Part shown: positions 35,781-42,196 of the stretch, piece by piece
How the letters are laid out: each line of letters opens with the position of its first letter
Numbering within the stretch: position 1 is the stretch's first letter
Source of the DNA: a virus
Lineage: Duplodnaviria > Caudoviricetes
Length of the DNA: 42,196 bases
IMG/VR virus record: IMGVR_UViG_3300022867_000025
Location: 1 to 42,196 of that record
Reading direction: 5' to 3' (one strand)
Made by a program: the position numbers and the translations under genes
Notes under the pieces: model-generated
Seen by the model: the letters and a program-made list of their open reading frames with translations, nothing else
Databases searched by the model: none
What the model was told of the DNA's origin: nothing

Positions 35781-36275
35781 TTAAGCTCGCGTGACAGCAC
35801 GCGGATCAGCAACGACTGCTTCTACAGAGTCGTCGTTCATTAGTCTATATTCTTGGGTTCCCACCTTAAAGCGCGTACCAGTGTTAGCCCGGAACATTAC
35901 ATAGTCCCCCACCGCACACCACGGACCAGTAGGGAAACGTTCTTTATCAGAATACGCCTGCTTACCCATCTCAATAACTGCACCAACCGTAGACAAGATA
36001 TACTCCTCTCGTACAGTCTGGTTTGACTTAACTAACCCACTTTCACCATAGGTTTCTTCCACGTTTGGAAGTGCGATAAGTACTCGGTAACCTACAGGTA
36101 CTGGTATCTGGGCCTCTATTTCAGCAGCTTCCGCCGCCTCGGTCTCAATCCTACCCTTACGTTTTTTCTCTAGTTCTGTAGGTTCCACGGGAAACAACTC
36201 TAACTGCTCCGTTAGTGGTTCCCCTGATGCCCCCACAAGCACACTGGTCTGCCCGACTTCTGCTTTACTCATCAT
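35781..36275 (-). CDS. groES: GroES-like co-chaperonin
   Basis: PVGYRVLI...T...GLV...G.VI.MG..AY...WC.VGDYV.F....GTRF.V...EYRLMNDD.VEAVV. Likely start is ATG 36275/36272, overlapping the upstream gene. Confidence 0.85.
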   Translation of the reverse strand: MMSKAEVGQTSVLVGASGEPLTEQLELFPVEPTELEKKRKGRIETEAAEAAEIEAQIPVPVGYRVLIALPNVEETYGESGLVKSNQTVREEYILSTVGAVIEMGKQAYSDKERFPTGPWCAVGDYVMFRANTGTRFKVGTQEYRLMNDDSVEAVVADPRAVTRA

Positions 36276-36462
36276 CTTCTTCCATATATTTACGCGAAAG
36301 GTCATTTAGTTCTCTAAGTGCGATGTTTAGACCCTGAATTACACCACACCCCTCCCTGTACCCGGCGAAGTCTTTAGCTCCCCCGTTGTTCAGAAATTCT
36401 TGTGCAGAGGTTTTATGCTCTGTTAACTTGTTGTTCAGCACGCCAAAGACGGTAGTAGCCAT
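36265..36462 (-). CDS. conserved small protein between portal and GroES
   Basis: L..GGAKDF..Y...CG.IQGL pattern. Confidence 0.7.
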   Translation of the reverse strand: MATTVFGVLNNKLTEHKTSAQEFLNNGGAKDFAGYREGCGVIQGLNIALRELNDLSRKYMEEDDE

Positions 36463-36477
36463 TAGATTCCCTCTGGG

Positions 36478-38952
36478 TTATTTAGGCTGGTTTGGGTCAT
36501 ATTGCGCTTCCTTACGCTGAAGTTCAGCTTCCCTACGCGCCTTGTTTGCATCCAGCATTAGTTTAGCTTCCGCTAAGTCTGCGCTTGAATTGGCCGCGTC
36601 TGTCTGTGAGGCTATGCGAGCCGCTTCGAGTGAGGTTGTATTACCTGCCTTCTCTGTATCTAGCTGTAGTCTTGCTGCGTCGAGTTGTGTATCCGCTTGG
36701 TCTTTCTGGGCCTTACGCTGAAGTTCAGCTTCCTTCAAGGCGAGCTCTCTCTGTTGCATCTGGATTATGGGGTCTTCGGCTTTCTGCTGCGCTTGTTGCT
36801 GCGCCGCCGCGGCCTGCTTCTGCTGGGTTAACTGCTGTCCTGCCTGTGCCATAAGCTGAGCCAACTGTACCGCTTGCTCCTCTGGTAGTTCTGTATCTGG
36901 TGCAGGTAGTGGGACACCCAAGGTAGTCTCCATCTGCTGCCTGTAGCTAAACGCCACATGCTCCCCTATATGAGCTGTTAGAGCGGACATGATCTGCTGC
37001 GCTGCTGGGTTCTGCCCGATGAATGCCGCTATCTGCGGGTCTTGCATAAACGCTTGGTGGGTAGCAATGTGCGAGTCGTGGTCTTGGAATATAACCGCTT
37101 TCATCGGGGTACCATTCAGGGCGTTCATGTTCTCACTAACTGGGTCCGTAGGGATCAAGTCCGCTGAGGTAGGCACCAGCTTATCTGCGTTTTGAATGCC
37201 CAGTACCTCAATCATCTGCCTATGCAACTGGGGTAGGTCGTATATCTCTGGAGCCCCTTGAGACATTTGTAGAACCGTCTGGTACTGCACTACCCGCTGA
37301 GCCATTGTACTGCTGTTAGGGTCGCTGACAGGTATAACCTCTACCATTGCGTAGTCAGCTTGTCTGGCCCTAGCCTCTCCACGTTCGGGAAGGTACTCGT
37401 ACTCCTCTGGGGCATACTCGGCAATAATCTTACGCAGTAGTTTAAATTCCTGCTTCATCGCGTAGTGGACCCGAGACTGCACCGCGGCCATTGGCTTTAG
37501 CGTGCGTTCAAGTAGCGCGAGCGTAGTACCCACCGGTGCGTTAGCGCCCATGTCAGATATGTTCATATCCGAGATAGCACCTAGTCGTCTACCCTCATCG
37601 GTAATCTTGTCTAGCAAAGCCAGTAAGGTTTGACTGGGCTCTTTGTACGGTAGGGGTAGGATGTTGTCTCTAATCGAACCTGATGGTACATCCACATCCC
37701 TGAACTCGCCGGGGCCAATGGGGGTGTCATCTCCCTTAACTCGTAGTCCTCTAGATTTAAGACCGCCCGGTAAATTGGATAGGGTGCCAGCATCAACAAG
37801 CTGACGAATAAGGGAAGTGCCCGCTTTAGCGTAGCCCCCAATAATGTGAATAAGGCCAAGCCCATAGAATCCAAACCCCGGTACGTATACATAGTGAACG
37901 AAGTGCTGACGCTTCAACATCAGTGGGTCTGGCTCTTCCCAGTTCCGTCTGATACCTAGCACATGGTTAGAGCCCCGCTCTATGGTAACCACATACGGCT
38001 TAGCTAACTGGTAGCCATCGTCTGTTTCATCTACATCTACCCCATCTATAATAAGATTAGCGTTTATCTCATATACACAATACCGGTCGTCGTCAGTGAC
38101 GGAGTATCCGCCTTCTTCAGCCTTCTGCTCCTCAATATCGCTGTGGTATGCCACAGGCTCGCCTAAGTCTATATCTCTATAGAACCCAGCCGCTTGTAAG
38201 GTCGTCATTTCGTGTTTTGTCTTACGCATTACGTGAGTTACACGCTCTGCTTGCTCTATTGTAGAGGCTCCGTAGGGCACAATTACGTCTTCTGCGGGGA
38301 TATATAGGGCTACTTGGCGGCCTAAACTAGGGTCAAAATACACCTTTTTAAAAGCAGAACCGGCCAATCCTAGACTATAAAGCATCCTTTCGTGCTCTGG
38401 GCGGTACTCCGTCATCACCTCAGTCAGCTCATAATTCATGTCTGTCTGCACACGGAGGGCTGCATCCTCCTTATCCTTGGTAACTTCCCCTAGAACCTTA
38501 GTTTTCACAGGCCCAGAAGCGGGAAATGTCTCACTCATGGCCTCAGCTTGGAACCTTATGTTGGCCTCAGCTAACACAGTGCTATAAACACCGCAAGCAT
38601 TCTGCCAAGGCTCGGTCTTTTCCTCGTATTTCAGGCCAATACTCTCTAAACCCTTGACATAGGTGTTAGCCCACTCCTTGCGGGAGTCAATATCCGACTC
38701 TACATACCCAACTAACTCACTCGCTATCGTAGTAAGCTCTTCGTCGTCTAGGTATTCGGCAAGATTTGCGTCAAACGGGGCTAGTTCCTCGTCCTCAGCG
38801 GGGCCTCCCCCAAAAGTTATCTCTACATCGCCATTTTCTAGGACTACTTCAGTCCCATCTCCTGCCATGAGGTCTATTTCAATCATAGCCTCAGCTTCGC
38901 CCATGTCTTCTATGCCCACAGGCAGGTCGTATATTTGCTTTTCAATTGCCAT
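36478..38952 (-). CDS. portal protein
   Basis: 824 aa directly after TerL; SRKEW, LAGSAFKKVYFD, GFGFYGLGLIH, RQLVDAGTL.N; Q-rich coiled-coil barrel at the C-terminus. Confidence 0.88.
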   Translation of the reverse strand: MAIEKQIYDLPVGIEDMGEAEAMIEIDLMAGDGTEVVLENGDVEITFGGGPAEDEELAPFDANLAEYLDDEELTTIASELVGYVESDIDSRKEWANTYVKGLESIGLKYEEKTEPWQNACGVYSTVLAEANIRFQAEAMSETFPASGPVKTKVLGEVTKDKEDAALRVQTDMNYELTEVMTEYRPEHERMLYSLGLAGSAFKKVYFDPSLGRQVALYIPAEDVIVPYGASTIEQAERVTHVMRKTKHEMTTLQAAGFYRDIDLGEPVAYHSDIEEQKAEEGGYSVTDDDRYCVYEINANLIIDGVDVDETDDGYQLAKPYVVTIERGSNHVLGIRRNWEEPDPLMLKRQHFVHYVYVPGFGFYGLGLIHIIGGYAKAGTSLIRQLVDAGTLSNLPGGLKSRGLRVKGDDTPIGPGEFRDVDVPSGSIRDNILPLPYKEPSQTLLALLDKITDEGRRLGAISDMNISDMGANAPVGTTLALLERTLKPMAAVQSRVHYAMKQEFKLLRKIIAEYAPEEYEYLPERGEARARQADYAMVEVIPVSDPNSSTMAQRVVQYQTVLQMSQGAPEIYDLPQLHRQMIEVLGIQNADKLVPTSADLIPTDPVSENMNALNGTPMKAVIFQDHDSHIATHQAFMQDPQIAAFIGQNPAAQQIMSALTAHIGEHVAFSYRQQMETTLGVPLPAPDTELPEEQAVQLAQLMAQAGQQLTQQKQAAAAQQQAQQKAEDPIIQMQQRELALKEAELQRKAQKDQADTQLDAARLQLDTEKAGNTTSLEAARIASQTDAANSSADLAEAKLMLDANKARREAELQRKEAQYDPNQPK

Positions 38953-40487
38953 TAGTAGTAGCCACCCTTTTTATGTTTGAAATACTGCTGTTCTTCCTCT
39001 AAATCCGATGGGAGTCTTATAAACCCACCCTTACGGAACCGCATCATAGCCTGAGTTGTGGAATCCACATAGTCATCGTGCTCACCCGCTGGAAAACTAG
39101 CAACCTCTTCAATTACTTCTTCTGCCCAGCGTTTGCTGGGGGCCCAAACCATACCTGAGGCAAACATGTCCGACACAGCATTAAGTCGGCTTATCTTATC
39201 GTTACCCTTAGTAGGAGTAAACTCCTGTACGGGAATGCCCATAGCCCTAAGCTCGTAAATTAGGGGCGAACCTGACGCTTTCTTCTCCACAATCAGGGAA
39301 TCTGGGGCCCATTCCTCGTGCTGCTCCACCGCGGCCCGCTTTAACCTAGGAAATTCCATCCTTTCCCGGAACGCATTGAGTAATATTATGTTTGCCCGCT
39401 CAACCCCGTCGTCGCCGGTCTGGTAAAACACCCCCCAAGTAGTACAAGCGGAGTAATCTGATCTGTTTGTCTTCTCAAAGGCCGTATCCCACGATTGAAC
39501 TATGAAATTAACCTCCGGCGGCTCGGGTTCTTCCCAAATCTGCCACCATTCACGCTTGACTATAGCAGAGTTTTCTGAAGTTGGCTGCTGTTGGTACTGC
39601 GCCATCCACTTACCGTTGGGTAGTTCCTCCCTAAGTGCTTCGAGCTCCTTAAGTTCCCAGAATTCCGGCCACACAGGGTTACCAGAGGGCATAAGTGCAG
39701 GAAATTCAATGACTTCCCACTCGTCCCCACCACGTAACGCGGCAGATTTCAACACTTTTGCGGTTAAATCACGCAAACTCCAGCGAGTCATCACTATAAC
39801 TATAGCCCCACCGGGCTGTAATCGCTGTCTGGGCCCTGATGTATACCACTCGTAGGTTTTGTCATAGACCTCGGGGTTAACTTCTGCCAGTGCGGCCTCT
39901 TGTTCCGAGTGAGGGTCATCAATAATGAGCAGGTCAGCACCTTTACCCGTTACTGCACCGCCTACACCAATAGCGAAGTAGTCCCCACCCTTACTGGTGT
40001 TCCACCGTCCGGCAGCTTTTGAGTCACTTTGTAGGGTGAGCTCGGGGAATATCTCCCGGTAGTTATCTTGGTCTACTAAGTTACGCACCTTACGCCCAAA
40101 GCCCACGGCTAGTTCTGCTGTGTGCGAGGTTTGGATTATCTTTTTGTTGGGGAACTTACCCAAGAACCATGCGGGTAATAGGTAAGATGCAAATTCACTT
40201 TTAGTGTGGCGCGGTGGCATATTAATAATGAGCCGTTTACATTCCCCCGATGCCACTCTCTCAAAAGCCTCCGCCATAATTGCATGGTGTCTGCCACTAA
40301 TAAAGGTGGGCCACATCTGGTTCACGAAATCTATAAACCGTGTCTGGGCCTTTGTTTTCAACTTTAAGCGGGCTAGGTGGTCTAGTTCGGCAAGTAGTTT
40401 TTCTTGCTCTACCTGCGTTAGCATGGGTAAGATTTTAGGTATGTCTGACAGGGCTATGCCATCAAATACACTCTTACTCATCGTCAT
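38952..40487 (-). CDS. terL: terminase large subunit
   Basis: INMPPRHTKS (Walker A), LLIIDDPH (Walker B), VMTRW, SWDTA...DYSA and HDDYVDS RNase H nuclease motifs. Confidence 0.95.
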   Translation of the reverse strand: MTMSKSVFDGIALSDIPKILPMLTQVEQEKLLAELDHLARLKLKTKAQTRFIDFVNQMWPTFISGRHHAIMAEAFERVASGECKRLIINMPPRHTKSEFASYLLPAWFLGKFPNKKIIQTSHTAELAVGFGRKVRNLVDQDNYREIFPELTLQSDSKAAGRWNTSKGGDYFAIGVGGAVTGKGADLLIIDDPHSEQEAALAEVNPEVYDKTYEWYTSGPRQRLQPGGAIVIVMTRWSLRDLTAKVLKSAALRGGDEWEVIEFPALMPSGNPVWPEFWELKELEALREELPNGKWMAQYQQQPTSENSAIVKREWWQIWEEPEPPEVNFIVQSWDTAFEKTNRSDYSACTTWGVFYQTGDDGVERANIILLNAFRERMEFPRLKRAAVEQHEEWAPDSLIVEKKASGSPLIYELRAMGIPVQEFTPTKGNDKISRLNAVSDMFASGMVWAPSKRWAEEVIEEVASFPAGEHDDYVDSTTQAMMRFRKGGFIRLPSDLEEEQQYFKHKKGGYY

Positions 40488-41085
40488 CTTCCCCCAGCAC
40501 CCCTAGAGTTTCGTCTAACCTGCGTAGGGTTTCTTCTTGGTCTAGCCTACCAAGTGATGCGTCTAGGGGTACGGTATCTATAACTGAGGCATTGAGGAGG
40601 TTTTTAATCTTAGCCTTGATGGCGTTTTCTAGGTCTACCGGGTCTTTATAGTTGACTGTTATTTCACTGCGCTGGGTGAATATCCCTATGTCGCTGTGCT
40701 TGCCGAGGAGCTCTAGTGCTTTCAACTCGTACCGTGGGTCGCCGCAATCTGCAATTTCCATTAGCTTATTAGTAATAGCCGCCCGGGCTTCAGCCGCATC
40801 CACAGCAAGTTGTTGGCCGTAGGTACGCAGGAATGCCGCAGCAGCGTAAGCTGTATTGGTTTCAGTTAGATTGCCGGGTTTGGAGGAGTTTGCGACGGCC
40901 TTTAGCAGGGCCTTCTCACGGGCAGCGTCGCCCTCAGTGCAATCAAGGGGTGCGCCCATCTCAACTTGCAGCTCTGCTGTATTTCCGGCGACAGTTATCT
41001 CGTCGAACAGAGTGTTTGTCTTCTCTTCAGACAGGTCATACGGGACTTTATGGGCCCTAGTAGGCTCCACTTTTACAGTAGACAT
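40474..41085 (-). CDS. putative terminase small subunit
   Basis: Directly upstream of and overlapping TerL; ELKALELLGKHSDIGIF helix motif typical of TerS. Confidence 0.65.
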   Translation of the reverse strand: MSTVKVEPTRAHKVPYDLSEEKTNTLFDEITVAGNTAELQVEMGAPLDCTEGDAAREKALLKAVANSSKPGNLTETNTAYAAAAFLRTYGQQLAVDAAEARAAITNKLMEIADCGDPRYELKALELLGKHSDIGIFTQRSEITVNYKDPVDLENAIKAKIKNLLNASVIDTVPLDASLGRLDQEETLRRLDETLGVLGEDDDE

Positions 41086-41118
41086 GTTTTTCCGCAGGTA
41101 GTTATACCGATTTGGCCC

Positions 41119-41147
41119 AGTGTACAGCAGAGTTTTAAGCTAATCAA
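41119..41147 (-). promoter_or_regulatory. sigma70-type promoter for the packaging/late operon
   Basis: Minus strand TTGATT-17-TACACT, about 35 nt upstream of ATG 41085. Confidence 0.55.
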
Positions 41148-41173
41148 TAGGTTAGGTTAACGAGATTTTTTAG

Positions 41174-41350
41174 TACCCCCCCGGGGTGTTGGTTTTTGGG
41201 TTGATAGGGGGTGGGTCCGTGGTACAGATGGGGGTGGGGTACCCGGGATGGAAACTCAAAAAATAGGCCCCCCTTGTGCAGATTAGTATGTATATACAGC
41301 CGCGGCTCTTCGTGCTGAGAAAGGTGGGTGGGGGTGGGGTGGGGTCGCCC
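41174..41350 (+). other. G-tract-rich non-coding region incl. canonical G-quadruplex motif
   Basis: GGG-T-GGGGG-T-GGGG-T-GGGG at 41326-41344; further G-runs near 41206-41240. Confidence 0.7.
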
Positions 41351-41432
41351 ATAGGCGCTACCCGTTAAACTCGTGGGACCCTAGATATTCTAGGATGATC
41401 CAATCTAATTGATCCTCTCAACAACAAAGTAC

Positions 41433-41460
41433 TTGACTGTGGTACGGATTGCTGTATAGT
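41433..41460 (+). promoter_or_regulatory. sigma70-type early promoter
   Basis: TTGACT-16-TATAGT upstream of RBS GAGG and ATG 41511. Confidence 0.6.
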
Positions 41461-41510
41461 GGTTTTCAAGGGCGAGGCATATCGCTTCCCCATTTTTGAG
41501 GTTTCACACC

Positions 41511-42196
41511 ATGACAACTATGGCCACTATTATCACAGATCTAAAAACCGGTAACACTGAATCGCTTTACCTTGCGACTGATACGCAAATTGAGAAGTTG
41601 CTTGCGGCTAATAAGATCAGCGAAGAATATGTAAACATGTTTTATGAGAATCAGGATGAAATGCGCGAGCTTATGGCGGCCGCGATTGAAGAATTCGCCC
41701 CTGCCGTTTCACTGGCCGATGCTGCTATCAACACACTTAAGAAAACCCCATCTAAAGCCCCTGTGTTAATACCCGCTGATCAGATGGAGTTAGATGCGCT
41801 GAACGAATCACGTGCGGATCAAACCAAAAGACGCGAGTTAATGGCAAGCGATGCAATAGCTAATGCAGAGACTACTATTTCAGGAAAAGAGATCGCCATG
41901 ATTTTCGACAATACGTACAAGTTTAACTGGACCTTGCGCCGCGATGGTAAGGGAGTTAGTGATCTGGAATTGACCGCTATTGATCTGGCATTATTGAAAG
42001 CGGACTTTAAAGCATTTAAGACTAGTTTCGAGAATGCTGGTGCGGAAAACTTTGACCAGCGTATTAGTTACCTTAAGAAGCTTTCTTTACATACGCTTTA
42101 CAAGGGCGAACCAAAAAACAGTGAGGAAGTATTGGAGACGGAAGCGGAAGCGGATACCGAAACTGAGTTAGAAAACGCATATGAACAGGCATTAAC
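41511..42196 (+). CDS. acidic early protein of unknown function, 3'-truncated (not in ORF track)
   Basis: Open frame MTTMATIITDLKTGNTESLY...EEVLETEAEADTETELENAYEQAL to the window end; promoter and RBS upstream. Confidence 0.8.
   Translation, partial: MTTMATIITDLKTGNTESLYLATDTQIEKLLAANKISEEYVNMFYENQDEMRELMAAAIEEFAPAVSLADAAINTLKKTPSKAPVLIPADQMELDALNESRADQTKRRELMASDAIANAETTISGKEIAMIFDNTYKFNWTLRRDGKGVSDLELTAIDLALLKADFKAFKTSFENAGAENFDQRISYLKKLSLHTLYKGEPKNSEEVLETEAEADTETELENAYEQAL

Noticed and set aside
38952-39045. FRKGGFI / KKGGYY at the TerL C-terminus as extra copies of the xxGG motif
   Set aside because: Lies at the end of the terminase nuclease region and may be coincidental; not counted.
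7463-40506. Numerous + strand ORFs antisense to late genes (e.g. 10064-10912, 11273-12067, 25939-26631)
   Set aside because: Shadow ORFs fully overlapping well-supported minus-strand genes, with Ser/Ala-rich antisense composition and no RBS.
41170-41352. 60-aa minus-strand ORF (MGDPTPPPPT...)
   Set aside because: A Pro-rich by-product of the G-tracts, with no RBS or family features; the region is better explained as regulatory.
1-42196. Stop-codon reassignment suggested by abundant CTAG/TAG
   Set aside because: Genes are full-length and tightly packed under the standard code, and TAG serves as a genuine stop. No tRNA gene was noticed.
1-42196. Integrase, att sites or host genes indicating a prophage
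   Set aside because: None recognisable in the window; lifestyle cannot be determined from this fragment.

Overview
About 42 kb of a tailed dsDNA bacteriophage genome (Caudoviricetes). The layout is podovirus-like: no tape-measure or sheath gene is recognisable, but there are several very large internal/ejection-type virion proteins. The host is probably Gram-negative (M15 endolysin, lipoprotein, virion transglycosylase). On the + strand, 1-6823 is a replication module: HNH-like ORF, SNF2 helicase, a two-module SSB-like protein, an HTH protein and a primase-helicase. On the - strand, 41085 down to 6820 is one long late region: terminase small and large subunits, portal, GroES, scaffold, Mu gpT-like major capsid, a cluster of small basic proteins with an inserted HNH, head-tail and tail proteins, tail fibre with a 7-bladed beta-propeller, lysis genes and internal virion proteins. 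A G-rich divergent control region (~41100-41510) precedes a truncated + strand early gene. Most notable: (i) a recurring [FYML]xxGGx[VIM] motif in several unrelated late proteins, paired with a conserved C-terminal 'LSDGEFV' domain, which may be a virion targeting or processing system; (ii) a double-pseudoknot RNA downstream of the capsid gene that abuts an RBS; (iii) a G-quadruplex-competent, GATC-rich zone in an otherwise GATC-poor genome; (iv) a relic of a swapped tail-chaperone C-terminus; (v) several small, probably real genes missed by the ORF track. All family calls are from motif recognition by eye; no database search was run.
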